Shown: positions 38,250-47,925, numbered from the stretch's first letter. The stretch: DNA of 64,000 bases from an uncultured Streptococcus sp. (GCF_963521255.1 NZ_CAUQTU010000010.1:3866-67865); one strand, 5' to 3'. Program-made: numbers and translations. The notes: generated by a model not told the origin, from the letters alone.

Positions 38250-38579
38250 TTATAGCAGAATTCCTAAAAAAATCGCAATCAAACCACCTAGGTAGGTCAA
38301 AGCTAAATAAGAATAAAATACCTTCTTATCACTTAACAGTCTTTGGAGTTCGTCATTCAAGGTAGAGAAGGTTGTTAAACCTCCACAAAAACCCGTCGCT
38401 AAAATAGCATAAACTTCCTTAGATTCCACATGATTATAGAAAAGTCCAATCAAAAAACACCCCAACAGATTTGCGATCAAAGTTCCTAGTGGCAAGTTTG
38501 AAACTTGGTTATAGCGGGAAAAGAAATACCGTACGAGCGCTCCTAAACCACAAGCAATTGCAAGATAGACGATTACCAT
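38250..38579 (-). CDS. crcB: fluoride channel Fluc/CrcB subunit
   Basis: 109 aa, 4 TM helices, FCGGLTTFST motif. Confidence 0.9.
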   Translation of the reverse strand: MVIVYLAIACGLGALVRYFFSRYNQVSNLPLGTLIANLLGCFLIGLFYNHVESKEVYAILATGFCGGLTTFSTLNDELQRLLSDKKVFYSYLALTYLGGLIAIFLGILL

Positions 38580-38947
38580 TTCTTCCTCCCTAGAAAATAA
38601 GCCAAGAGTAAGCCTCCACCGATACTCAAAAGCAAATACAGGGCTAAACTAAGATAACGCCCTGTATCCAGTAATTTTACAGCATCAAGCATTAGACTGG
38701 AAAAGGTTGTCAAACCTCCACAAAAACCTGTACCCAGTGCTAAAACCAAGCCCTTACTGGTTCCCTTATAGACTAGATATCCCTTGACAAGGTAAATCAA
38801 GCAGAAAATGCCTAGATAGTTAACAAGAAGGGTGCCCCAAGGAAAGTCAGGACTGGCTGGTAACCAAGTAGAAACCAGGTAGCGAACCAATCCACCCAAC
38901 ATAGCAGCTAGAAAAATTCCTAGCGGATAAAATTGTTCTTTTTTCAT
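38573..38947 (-). CDS. crcB: fluoride channel Fluc/CrcB subunit
   Basis: 124 aa, 4 TM helices, FCGGLTTFSS motif. Overlaps both neighbours. Confidence 0.9.
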   Translation of the reverse strand: MKKEQFYPLGIFLAAMLGGLVRYLVSTWLPASPDFPWGTLLVNYLGIFCLIYLVKGYLVYKGTSKGLVLALGTGFCGGLTTFSSLMLDAVKLLDTGRYLSLALYLLLSIGGGLLLAYFLGRKKW

Positions 38948-39210
38948 TTGATATTTTGATCCTGATAATCACGCGAACGTTTGAGTATGTCCGAAAATGT
39001 TGCGACAATAGTCTCCTGATAGCGCTTGTCCTCTACACGATTTCTGACCTTTTCAAAAATAACTGCTTCTCTCTTGGTATCTAAAATCGGTTTCCCTGAA
39101 GCCTTCTTATAAGCGACAACCCCTTCAACTAAATGCATTCTTTCTTCTAACAGTTTGACAATTTGGTCGTCGATTTGATCAATCTCTTGCCGAATACTCT
39201 TTAAATCCAT
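38944..39210 (-). CDS. chorismate mutase (AroQ class)
   Basis: 88 aa. IRQEIDQIDDQIVKLLEERM is a typical AroQ helix 1. Confidence 0.8.
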   Translation of the reverse strand: MDLKSIRQEIDQIDDQIVKLLEERMHLVEGVVAYKKASGKPILDTKREAVIFEKVRNRVEDKRYQETIVATFSDILKRSRDYQDQNIK

Positions 39211-39284
39211 ACAATCTCCTCCTTTATTTGAATTATTGTATCAAAAAGCCACCAAATAGGCTAGTAAAATCCCAAGTCACGGTA

Positions 39285-39315
39285 AGAAAAATGCACTGAT
39301 TGATTGCATCAGCGC
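39285..39315 (-). terminator. intrinsic terminator after the flavodoxin gene
   Basis: Minus strand reads GCGCTGAT-gcaatca-ATCAGTGC followed by ATTTTTCTT. Confidence 0.6.
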
Positions 39316-39325
39316 ACGTTTATGC

Positions 39326-39769
39326 TTATCCTACCTTAGCAGCCAATTCTTCTGCGAATTGTTCCAAGCGTTCAATGTCTTCTTCCTCAGCAGAAAGATC
39401 AACTTTAACACACTCTGAACCTTTTTCTGCTCCTGTCGCTACAAAAACGCGATCAAAGTCATCTACCGCCTTACAGAATTCATCGTAGAAGGTATCTCCT
39501 GAGCCGACCACTCCGTAGATTTTGCCATTCAAGTTGAGATCTGCTAGGTCTTCGTAGAAGTCCATCATCTCATCTGGCAATTCACCATCACCATAAGTAT
39601 AGGTCGCAACGATAGCGATGTCTGCTTCCAAGAAGTCTGAAGCGTCAACAGTTGTACATTCATCAACATCAACATCCAAGCCCAAGTCGCGTAATTTGTC
39701 TGCTACAATATCTGCAATTTCTTCGGTATTACCGGTCATACTGGCAAATACAATTTTTGCTAATGCCAT
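39326..39769 (-). CDS. fld: flavodoxin
   Basis: 147 aa. FMN loop SMTGNTEE. Confidence 0.9.
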   Translation of the reverse strand: MALAKIVFASMTGNTEEIADIVADKLRDLGLDVDVDECTTVDASDFLEADIAIVATYTYGDGELPDEMMDFYEDLADLNLNGKIYGVVGSGDTFYDEFCKAVDDFDRVFVATGAEKGSECVKVDLSAEEEDIERLEQFAEELAAKVG

Positions 39770-39872
39770 ATCGTCCTCCTCAATTTATCTTTCTCCATTA
39801 TATCACATCTTTTTCATTTTAAAAATAAAAATTCTTGTGCTACAATGAAATGAGAAAGAATTGAGGTTATCT

Positions 39873-40808
39873 ATGGAAATTTGCCATCAAATTTTAGAAA
39901 AAATCAAAGAATACGACACGATTATCATTCACCGTCATATGAAACCAGATCCTGATGCCTTGGGAAGTCAGGTGGGATTGAAAGCTCTTCTCAAACATCA
40001 TTTCCCAGAAAAAACCATCAAAGCCGTTGGTTTTGATGAACCAACTCTTACTTGGATGGCGGAAATGGATCTTGTTGAAGATAGTGCCTACCAAGGCGCC
40101 CTTGTCATCGTCTGTGATACGGCTAACACTGCTCGTATCGATGATAAGCGCTATAGTCAAGGTGATTTTCTCATTAAGATTGACCATCATCCAAATGATG
40201 ATGTATATGGTGACCTATCTTGGGTGGATACTAGTTCAAGCAGCGCTAGTGAGATGATTACCCTATTTGCCCAAACAACCCAACTGGCCTTGTCAGATCG
40301 CGCTGCTGAGTTGCTCTTTGCAGGAATTGTCGGTGATACAGGTCGATTCCTCTACCCTTCTACCACTGCACGGACCCTCCGCCTTGCTGCTTATTTGAGA
40401 GAACATAACTTTGACTTTGCAACTCTCACTCGCAAAATGGATACTATGAGCTACAAAATTGCAAAACTTCAAGGCTACATCTACGACCATCTGGAAGTGG
40501 ATGAAAATGGTGCAGCTCGCGTTATCCTGAGTCAGGAAGTCTTGAAACAATTCAATGTAACCGATGCTGAAACTGCAGCCATTGTCGGTGCACCTGGACG
40601 CATTGACAGTGTCAACCTCTGGGGAATTTTTGTGGAGCAGGCTGATGGTCACTACCGTGTTCGCTTACGCAGTAAAATCCATCCTATCAATGAAATTGCC
40701 AAGGAACATGATGGTGGAGGCCACCCTCTAGCAAGTGGTGCTAATTCCTATAGCCTAGAAGAAAACGAAATCATCTATCAAAAGTTAAAAAACTTGCTTA
40801 AAAACTGA
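39873..40808 (+). CDS. nrnA: DHH/DHHA1 bifunctional oligoribonuclease / pAp phosphatase
   Basis: Motifs HRHMKPDPDALGS, DHHPND and GGGHPLASGA. Start moved to ATG 39873 (MEICHQIL). Confidence 0.85.
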   Translation: MEICHQILEKIKEYDTIIIHRHMKPDPDALGSQVGLKALLKHHFPEKTIKAVGFDEPTLTWMAEMDLVEDSAYQGALVIVCDTANTARIDDKRYSQGDFLIKIDHHPNDDVYGDLSWVDTSSSSASEMITLFAQTTQLALSDRAAELLFAGIVGDTGRFLYPSTTARTLRLAAYLREHNFDFATLTRKMDTMSYKIAKLQGYIYDHLEVDENGAARVILSQEVLKQFNVTDAETAAIVGAPGRIDSVNLWGIFVEQADGHYRVRLRSKIHPINEIAKEHDGGGHPLASGANSYSLEENEIIYQKLKNLLKN

Positions 40809-40903
40809 TAAAATACTTGCCAAACTTTTCAGAATCTGATAGACTAGTATAGTAACAATCTATGGCTCGCAAAGAGACCATGGCAGAAAGGAAATATTGC
40901 AAA

Positions 40904-41146
40904 ATGAAAAAAGATATCCATCCAGAATATCGCCCAGTTGTCTTCATGGACACAACTACTGGTTACCAATTCCTTAGCGGTTCAACAAAACGCTCTAACG
41001 AAACAGTTGAGTTCGAAGGCGAAACTTACCCATTGATCCGTGTGGAAATTTCATCAGACTCACACCCATTCTACACTGGACGTCAAAAGTTCACTCAAGC
41101 AGATGGACGCGTAGATCGTTTCAACAAAAAATACGGTCTCAAATAA
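40904..41146 (+). CDS. rpmE2: 50S ribosomal protein L31 type B
   Basis: [28 protein letters not shown]. No CxxC zinc motif. The ORF-track N-terminal extension was dropped. Confidence 0.9.
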
Positions 41147-41150
41147 TGAT

Positions 41151-41182
41151 AAAAAAGAACAGTTTCAACTGTTCTTTTTTTC
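41151..41182 (+). terminator. intrinsic terminator after rpmE2
   Basis: AGAACAG-tttcaa-CTGTTCT followed by TTTTTT. Confidence 0.75.
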
Positions 41183-41259
41183 TTCTTTTTATGAACCAAT
41201 CACTACTACTTTCTATTTGTCAACCGTCACGCTGACACTATAATTGATTTCAAATGGGG

Positions 41260-42594
41260 TTAAAAAATATCGAAAAGAAGCTTGATATTGAGAATGGTCA
41301 AGATGATTGAAACTACGTAGCCTAGGATTGTATTCCACTTGGCATTGGTAAATTCTCCCATCACTGACTTCTTAGAGGTCAGATAAATCAGAGGGAAGAT
41401 TGAAAACGGAAGAGCGATTGAAAGAAAGACCTGTGAATAGACCAATAACTGATCTAAGGTCTTTTCTTGATGCCCAAACAAAACAGCGACTATAATCACA
41501 GGGAGCAAGGCAAAAATCCGTGTACCGATACGAATAATCCACTGTGGTAATTTCATATGCAAGAAACCTTCCATAACAATCTGTCCAGTCAAAGTACCTG
41601 TAATAGTAGAATTTTGACCACTTGCTAAAAGTGCCAAAGCAAACAAAGTGGAGAGGCTTGAACTGGCTATCGCTCCTGCTATTGTCGAATCCTGTAAAGC
41701 ATTGTACATTTGAGAAAAAGCTGAAATTTCAGACGCATGGCCAAAAAAGAGGGAGGCCCCTAAAATAAGAAGCAAGGAATTAACAACAAAGGCTAGAGAC
41801 AACTGAAGATTTGAATCCCAGGTCATAAAGCGAACAGCTTTTCGGACATCCTTCTTATCTTTGTAATTGATTTTCCTTGTTTGAGATAGAGAGGAATGGA
41901 GATAAAGATTATGAGGCATAACTGTCGCTCCCACAATCCCTAAAGCCAAAGTCAGTTGACTCTCATGTCCTGGCAAGGGACTTTCAAATAAAGTCGAAGT
42001 CGGTAAATAGCCACCAAAAATCCCCTGCATACTTGGATTAGATAAAGCCACCAGATAAGAAAAAATTCCTAATATGGTTAAGATAAGTGTCGTCACAACA
42101 GCTTCAATCTTCTTGAAGCCAAATTTCATCAATAAAAGCAAAAGAAATACATCTAAAACGGTTAGAAGTATCGCGACCATAATCGGTATTTTAAACAAAA
42201 GATTTAAGGCAATCGCTGATCCTAAAACTTCAGCCAAATCTGTCGCCATTAGAGCTAATTCTACAATTACCCATAGACTATAGCGGAGCCACTTGGGGGC
42301 ATGATAGGCTGTTGCCTGCGCTAGATCCATCCTAGTCACCATACCGAGCTTTCCAGACATCTGTTGTAACTGCATGGCGATGATGGATGAAATCAAAATA
42401 ACAAATAAAAGACTATACTTATAGGAAGCACCTCCAACCACACTGGTAATCCAGTTTCCAGGATCCATATAGCCAACTGCTACAAGAGCTCCGGGGCCCA
42501 AGAATACTTTTAGATTTTGCCAAAAATGATTATTATTTGGAGTATCAATAGACTGATTAATCTCAGAAAGTGAGACCTTTTCATAAGAAGACAT
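41260..42594 (-). CDS. mntH: Nramp-family divalent metal (Mn2+/Fe2+) transporter
   Basis: 444 aa, about 11 TM helices, GYMDPGNW (DPGN) motif. Confidence 0.9.
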   Translation of the reverse strand: MSSYEKVSLSEINQSIDTPNNNHFWQNLKVFLGPGALVAVGYMDPGNWITSVVGGASYKYSLLFVILISSIIAMQLQQMSGKLGMVTRMDLAQATAYHAPKWLRYSLWVIVELALMATDLAEVLGSAIALNLLFKIPIMVAILLTVLDVFLLLLLMKFGFKKIEAVVTTLILTILGIFSYLVALSNPSMQGIFGGYLPTSTLFESPLPGHESQLTLALGIVGATVMPHNLYLHSSLSQTRKINYKDKKDVRKAVRFMTWDSNLQLSLAFVVNSLLLILGASLFFGHASEISAFSQMYNALQDSTIAGAIASSSLSTLFALALLASGQNSTITGTLTGQIVMEGFLHMKLPQWIIRIGTRIFALLPVIIVAVLFGHQEKTLDQLLVYSQVFLSIALPFSIFPLIYLTSKKSVMGEFTNAKWNTILGYVVSIILTILNIKLLFDIF

Positions 42595-42606
42595 ACATAG
42601 CTACCT

Positions 42607-42918
42607 CTTTCTAATCTTCTCTTTTGATATGATGTTGAAAAATAGATTTTAAAATGGTTCCTAACTTTCTCAACTCACTCTTATTATATCATAAAAATGC
42701 CACAAAGTCTTTAAAAATTAGGTGAACTTAAAACAATTATTAACATTGGTTAATTTTTTAATACTCAATAAATCAAACTTCTAACTTTACTTTCTAATCT
42801 TGTCTTTGCCTATTTTATTAATGGAGTTTTGAAAATATAATGAAAATAATTTCCTATTTCCAATTCATCCTTATTATATCAAATTTTGGAATGTTTCTTA
42901 AGGAAAGCATGATAGTTA
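42607..42918 (-). repeat. two tandem, diverged copies of the mntH promoter/leader module, each with an extended -10
   Basis: The proximal copy spans about 42607-42700 (TGaTATAAT at 42683-42691, minus strand). The distal copy spans 42790-42918 (TGaTATAAT at 42873-42881, with TTAAGA 17 nt upstream). Both begin with ctttctaatctt. Confidence 0.6.
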
Positions 42919-42976
42919 AAAAAAACTTTGCACTCTCGATAGCTACACAATGGTTTCTAGAGTACAAAGTTTTTTA
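42917..42976. terminator. bidirectional terminator after tatA
   Basis: aaaaaaaaCTTTGCACTCT...AGAGTACAAAGtttttt, a long imperfect stem flanked by A- and T-runs. Confidence 0.6.
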
Positions 42977-42987
42977 TTAGATAAGTC

Positions 42988-43158
42988 TTACTCTTCCTTA
43001 TCTTGACTTTCAGTTCCTTTAACTGCTTTTTTAAATTCAGATAGCATTTTACCGATTGACTCGCCTAGTTCAGGCAATCGTTTTGGTCCAAAGATCAAGA
43101 GAGCTCCTAAAACGATGATAATCAATCCTGGTGCTCCGATATCACGTAAGATTCCCAT
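42988..43158 (-). CDS. tatA: twin-arginine translocase subunit TatA (56 aa, too short for the ORF track)
   Basis: Own translation: MGILRDIGAPGLIIIVLGALLIFGPKRLPELGESIGKMLSEFKKAVKGTESQDKEE*. It has the canonical TatA TM helix plus the FGPKRLPELG hinge. GGAGAGAGAA Shine-Dalgarno. The start overlaps the tatC end by 17 nt. Confidence 0.85.
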   Translation of the reverse strand: MGILRDIGAPGLIIIVLGALLIFGPKRLPELGESIGKMLSEFKKAVKGTESQDKEE

Positions 43159-43873
43159 TTCTCTCTCCTTTCTGCTTGCGTTTTATAATGTATTTGCTGA
43201 TAGCAATACTCAATTCATAGAGTAAAATCAGGGGGGCAGTCATTGCCAAATCGCTGACAAAATCGGCTGGTGTCAAGATGACTGCAAGTACCAATAAGAT
43301 AAAATAGGCGTATCGGCGATAAGCGGTCAATAATTCTGGCCCAATGAGTCCAATCGACGTCAAAAAGGCAATGATAACTGGCAATTCAAAAATCAGAGCC
43401 AAAGGCAAGGTCGTTTGAAAAACAAAGGACAGATAATTTTGGGCGGTTAACTGCGTCTCAAATAGTCCTTCTCCTAGCCCTAATAAAACCTGAAGTAAGG
43501 CTGGTGTTACAAAGTAAAAACCAAAAGCCAGTCCAACTAGAAAACAAAGGAAACTAGCTGGAATATAGGCAAAAATAGCTCTAGCTTCTTCTTTCTTCAG
43601 ACCAGGTTTGATGAAAGACCAAATATGATACACCGTGTAAGGTAAGGTGATAGTAAAGGCCATCAGACTAGCCAAACGTATGTATATCCATAAAATATCA
43701 TTAGGGCCTAAAACAATCAACTTTTGCTGAAAAGATTGGGTCACATACTGGTAAATCTGGTCTGCAAAAAGCAGAGAAACACAGAATACCAAGAAGAAAC
43801 AAATGACCACTGCCAATAATCTCTTTCTAAATTCTACCAGATGTTCAACGATTGTCAATTCTTTTCTATCCAT
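43142..43873 (-). CDS. tatC: twin-arginine translocase subunit TatC
   Basis: 243 aa, 6 TM helices, N-terminal HLVEFRKRL motif. Confidence 0.9.
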   Translation of the reverse strand: MDRKELTIVEHLVEFRKRLLAVVICFFLVFCVSLLFADQIYQYVTQSFQQKLIVLGPNDILWIYIRLASLMAFTITLPYTVYHIWSFIKPGLKKEEARAIFAYIPASFLCFLVGLAFGFYFVTPALLQVLLGLGEGLFETQLTAQNYLSFVFQTTLPLALIFELPVIIAFLTSIGLIGPELLTAYRRYAYFILLVLAVILTPADFVSDLAMTAPLILLYELSIAISKYIIKRKQKGERNGNLT

Positions 43874-45562
43874 CTATTTTTCACCCTGTCTGAAAGTGAC
43901 AATCAAGACAATAATGACAAAGACTAGCTGGCTGGCTAAACCTTCCCAACTTGGGTAAATTCCAAGTAAGTCGATCGTTGGAAATCCTGTCAACAAGTGA
44001 TTTGGCGCCATATTGGTCAACTGAAGAGCATGGATACTAACTCCCAGCATCTTGAATGCCAAAGCATAAATCATCCAAGTCAAGATAAAGAAGACCTTAT
44101 GTGGCAAGAAGAATTGACTGGCCTTGTTCATCACAACGGCAATAATTACCAAAATCAGCAAGGCAAGTGAAATGCCCAAGACAAATTCAAAGCTGGAAAT
44201 TCTTGGTAAAATCCCAACATAAAAGAGAATGGTTTCTGCTCCCTCACGGAAAACAGCTAGGAAACTGAGGGTAAACATGGAAATAAAGGAGCCTGTTTTG
44301 GTCACTGTTTCCATTTGTGACTCCATAAAGGCATTCCATTTTTTGACCGAGGATTTGCTGTGAAGCCAGATTCCAATCAAAATCATCATTGCTACTGCAA
44401 AAATCCCCACTGATCCTTCGATTATTTCACGATTGGAGCCTGATGTTACTGCTGGAAAGGCTATTTGCAGGATGAAAGCAATGACAAGACTGGCCATAAT
44501 TCCTGTGATAGCACCAGCATAAACCCACTTGAGCCCTTTACGCATCTTGGCTGCTTTCAAGGTCGTCACCAAGGCCATAACGATTAAGAGAGCCTCTACC
44601 CCTTCTCTTAGGAGAATCAGCATGGCATCAAAGGCATTGTAACGTGCGCTAGTATCAATTTGTGATAAATCTGCAATCAGTTTTTCTAATTTTTCTCGGT
44701 ATTCCTTCTCACTTCCCTTGACCATAATCACAGGGCTTTCACTCTCCACTCGTGTATAGAGGGAAGGATTGGTCGTGCTAACAGAACCTTCAATCGTTGG
44801 CCAGATAGTGATGAATTCCTTCATACTGGCTGCTCCTGATGCTTGGTCACCAGCTTGGAATTGTTCCAAAGCCTTTGTCAAAAGGGCAATGCCGTCTTTG
44901 AGAGTCAAATCCGAAGATGTTTCTACTACTTCTTTTCCAGTTACAAAATCATCAATAGCCTTTTTTAAGTCCTCGAAGGAATTCTGGATGGAGTTAAAGT
45001 CTGTAGGCTCGGTTTCCATACTACTACGCAAGAAAGAAATAGCTGTTTCAACACGTCCATAATGGGCCATACTATTGTCACGAACCACACTTTCATTGAT
45101 AGTCCAAGTCGAATTCATTTTCTTAAAAGCTTCTCGGACCTTTTCCAAATCTTTGGAGGCAATGGCCTGCTCTAAGACTTCAAAACGAGGACTTAGACGG
45201 TTTACCAATTTTTCTTTTTCCGCATCTAAGTTAACAGGATTTTGTTCTTTTTCAAAAGTTAATAGGGCTGAAGAAAGTTCGGTAAGTTTGTCTTCAGTAA
45301 TCTCTCCTGATTGTACTAACTTTTCCTTAACAATCTTACCAGCATCAGAATCCTTATTTTCTACTCTTTCGAAGTCTGATACCATCTCCTGAACGAGTTT
45401 CTTAGCCTCAGACTGATTGCCATTTTTGACCGCTTTAGAAGCATCCGTGATTTTTACAAAGTAAGAACTCAAGCTTTCTTGGGCACCTACTGGAGAAAGA
45501 ATTAAAAATGACAAAACTAAAACAAGTAACCAGCTTTTAGCCTTCCAGTAATTTCTGACCAA
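43874..45562 (-). CDS. efeU: FTR1-family iron permease EfeU with a large N-terminal extracytoplasmic domain
   Basis: Two RExxE motifs (LLREGVEAL, VFREGAETI) in the C-terminal 7-TM part. Probable TTG start at 45562, 5 nt after AAAGGAGG, followed by a signal-like segment WLLVLVLSFLILSPVGAQE. Confidence 0.8.
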   Translation of the reverse strand: MVRNYWKAKSWLLVLVLSFLILSPVGAQESLSSYFVKITDASKAVKNGNQSEAKKLVQEMVSDFERVENKDSDAGKIVKEKLVQSGEITEDKLTELSSALLTFEKEQNPVNLDAEKEKLVNRLSPRFEVLEQAIASKDLEKVREAFKKMNSTWTINESVVRDNSMAHYGRVETAISFLRSSMETEPTDFNSIQNSFEDLKKAIDDFVTGKEVVETSSDLTLKDGIALLTKALEQFQAGDQASGAASMKEFITIWPTIEGSVSTTNPSLYTRVESESPVIMVKGSEKEYREKLEKLIADLSQIDTSARYNAFDAMLILLREGVEALLIVMALVTTLKAAKMRKGLKWVYAGAITGIMASLVIAFILQIAFPAVTSGSNREIIEGSVGIFAVAMMILIGIWLHSKSSVKKWNAFMESQMETVTKTGSFISMFTLSFLAVFREGAETILFYVGILPRISSFEFVLGISLALLILVIIAVVMNKASQFFLPHKVFFILTWMIYALAFKMLGVSIHALQLTNMAPNHLLTGFPTIDLLGIYPSWEGLASQLVFVIIVLIVTFRQGEK

Positions 45563-46751
45563 TGTAGCCTCCTTTCTCCACACCACCAAAGCAAGCAAAA
45601 AGTCCACTACCGATGTGAGTGATGTATTCATTCATCTTATCAGTAGCACCTAGATTGGTTTGAACCTTGACAAAGTTATCTGGATCCTTCTGGAAAGAAA
45701 TGAAGAGCAAGCCTGTATCAAACTGACCAGTCTTTTCATCAATTCCATCAGAGTAAGAATAAGAACGACGCAAAAGGGGCTTGTCTACTTCCTTAGCCAA
45801 ACGAACATGCGAATCATCTGGCAAAAGACTCAAATCCACTTCATCAAACTCATTTTTCTTACCAAAGGGGGCACCACTTTCCTTGTAACGACCAAAGGTA
45901 TTTTCTTGTTCTTCGAGACTAGTGCGGTCCCAGGTCTCTAAAAACATCTGAATCCGACGAACTGCCATATAAGATCCATTTTCCATCCAGTCCTTACTAT
46001 CAGCCCAGATGACGCGGTCAAAATCTTTCTCCTTGGTTGGATTTGCTGTTCCATCTTTAAAACCAAAGAGGTTACGCGGAGTCTCCATTCGATCTCCGAT
46101 AGCTGCAAAACCAGATTGACTCCAGCGAAGGGTCACTGCATTTCTCCCCTTACGTATGAGATTGCGAATAGCGTGAAAGGCAACTTGCTCATCATCTGCA
46201 CAAGCCTGAATCACAATATCTCCACCTGTATATTTTTCACGTAATTGCTCTTTAGGAAAAGGCGGTAAATCTCTGAACACTTGAGGACGCTTGCTTTCTA
46301 AGTTCATCTTTTTCAAGAAACTGGCAGACACACCAAAAGTCAGCGTCAAGCGATGAGGATTAAGCCCAACTGTCTCACCAGTATCGCTCGGAGGCAAGAG
46401 AGCATTCTGGCCATCTTTTTTGACCAGTTCCCCCTCAACCAACTTGGCACTATAATCCGTCCAATCCTTGAATAGCTGGATAATCTTATCTCTATCCGTC
46501 GTATGCAAATCCAAGACAACAAAATAGATATTCTTTTGCATGGGCGTACTAATCCCAGCTTGATGCTTGCCATAAAAAGCAATTTTTTCATTTCCGTACG
46601 AGATTTTTTCCTGATTCCCAAGCTTAGGTGCGAAAAAAGCAGAAGCACCAGAGAATCCTAGCGCTAAACCAGCCCCTCCAATCCCTGCTTTTTTTAGAAA
46701 TTCTCGACGGTCCATTTTCTTATCAAAAAACTTTTCGTCTTTTTCAGTCAT
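45537..46751 (-). CDS. efeB: Dyp-type peroxidase EfeB with Tat signal peptide
   Basis: 404 aa. Twin-arginine signal DRREFLKKAGIGGAGLALG and a DyP fold C-terminus. Confidence 0.85.
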   Translation of the reverse strand: MTEKDEKFFDKKMDRREFLKKAGIGGAGLALGFSGASAFFAPKLGNQEKISYGNEKIAFYGKHQAGISTPMQKNIYFVVLDLHTTDRDKIIQLFKDWTDYSAKLVEGELVKKDGQNALLPPSDTGETVGLNPHRLTLTFGVSASFLKKMNLESKRPQVFRDLPPFPKEQLREKYTGGDIVIQACADDEQVAFHAIRNLIRKGRNAVTLRWSQSGFAAIGDRMETPRNLFGFKDGTANPTKEKDFDRVIWADSKDWMENGSYMAVRRIQMFLETWDRTSLEEQENTFGRYKESGAPFGKKNEFDEVDLSLLPDDSHVRLAKEVDKPLLRRSYSYSDGIDEKTGQFDTGLLFISFQKDPDNFVKVQTNLGATDKMNEYITHIGSGLFACFGGVEKGGYIGQKLLEG

Positions 46752-46756
46752 GACTC

Positions 46757-47629
46757 TTATTCTCCACTAAGAAATTTACCCATTTGTGATAGAGGTTCAC
46801 CAAGTTTTGTCACAGCTTCTGACAATTCTTTGGTATCTTCTTTTGTCAAATCAGTATAGAGTTTGTAGTGTTCCTTATCTGTCATGTGTTTGTCCAACAA
46901 GCTATTAACAGACTTGAAATCTGCTTCCAATTCTTTAACTAGGTTAGCGTCTGATTTTTCAAGTAAAGGTTTAAAGAGTTGGAAAATCTTCTCAGCTCCC
47001 TCAATATTGGCACGGAAGTCATACAAGTCTGTGTGAGAATAAATTTCCTCTTCACCTGTAATCTTACTTGTCGCTACTTCGTTAAGCAAGTCAACTGCTC
47101 CAGTCAACATAACCTTGTAATCCACATCTACAGTTGCAATCTTAGCTTTCAATTCTTTGATGTCATTGACCAACTGATCACCATAGCTTTCAGTTCCTTT
47201 GGTTGTATTGTCTTCCCAAAGGATACGTTCGATACGGTGGAAGCCTGACCAGCCTTCTTCTGTCTTGTTTTCATCCATGTAGTCTGCCAAACGGAAGTCA
47301 ATCTTGACATCTGACTCACCAAAACTCTCGGCAATCGGTTCTGAACGCTCATAGGACATACGAATCAGTGGATAAACCTTCTTAGCTTCTTCTAACTTAC
47401 CTTCTTTCAATAGTTTGACAAAGCCTTCCGTATCTGTCAACAATTTATCGATTTGCTCTTGCACAAAAGTTTTATAGTCAGCAGTGGCCTTATCAAGCAT
47501 TTTTTGCTTGTCTTCAGACAAGGCTGTCACCTTAGACGAATCGGTTGTATCTGCTGATTTTTCAAACCTAACAGCACAAGCTGTCAATAGCAAGGCTGAA
47601 GATAAAAGGACAAAACCTAGTTTTTTCAT
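46757..47629 (-). CDS. efeO: EfeO/EfeM-like iron-binding lipoprotein
   Basis: 290 aa. Lipobox LLTAC. Imelysin/M75-like helical domain. First gene of the efeOBU-tatCA string. Confidence 0.75.
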   Translation of the reverse strand: MKKLGFVLLSSALLLTACAVRFEKSADTTDSSKVTALSEDKQKMLDKATADYKTFVQEQIDKLLTDTEGFVKLLKEGKLEEAKKVYPLIRMSYERSEPIAESFGESDVKIDFRLADYMDENKTEEGWSGFHRIERILWEDNTTKGTESYGDQLVNDIKELKAKIATVDVDYKVMLTGAVDLLNEVATSKITGEEEIYSHTDLYDFRANIEGAEKIFQLFKPLLEKSDANLVKELEADFKSVNSLLDKHMTDKEHYKLYTDLTKEDTKELSEAVTKLGEPLSQMGKFLSGE

Positions 47630-47675
47630 TGTTTACTCCTATTGGTTCAGAAAACCTGAATTAATTTTACGTTTT

Positions 47676-47704
47676 ATTATATCATGTTTTCACTCATTTT
47701 TCAA
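47676..47704 (-). promoter_or_regulatory. promoter of efeOBU-tatCA
   Basis: Minus strand reads TTGAAA, 17 nt, TATAAT, about 45 nt upstream of the efeO ATG. Confidence 0.6.
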
Positions 47705-47925
47705 TAAATTGTCAGAAAATTTAATGTATTTAGACTGATATTTAGCTTACAATTTGCTAGTTAGCGTGAATAAGATCCTTATTCCAGCACTTTTTTATGA
47801 TCAACTCTCTATACCTTTTTCATGGCTTAAACTAAGAGATAATTGATAAATATTGAATATATCACTCTTTTATAAAGTCTAACCTTCTTTTATATTTTAC
47901 AATAAGTGTAAAAAGGAGAGTTATT

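Noticed and set aside
39211-39325. Searched for a fluoride (crcB-motif) riboswitch upstream of the chorismate mutase-crcB-crcB operon
   Set aside because: Only the flavodoxin terminator and a short agcc...ggct hairpin are present. I could not find the conserved riboswitch core, so no call is made.
40808-40904. Looked for an AdcR/Zur-type operator (TTAACnnGTTAA-like) upstream of the zinc-independent L31 paralog rpmE2
   Set aside because: No such palindrome is present in the 96-bp upstream region.
45563-45631. A 23-codon N-terminal extension of efeU in the ORF track (MNTSLTSVVDFLLALVVWRKEAT)
   Set aside because: It lies entirely inside efeB. A TTG with a perfect AAAGGAGG at 5-nt spacing, followed by a signal-peptide-like segment, is the more credible start.
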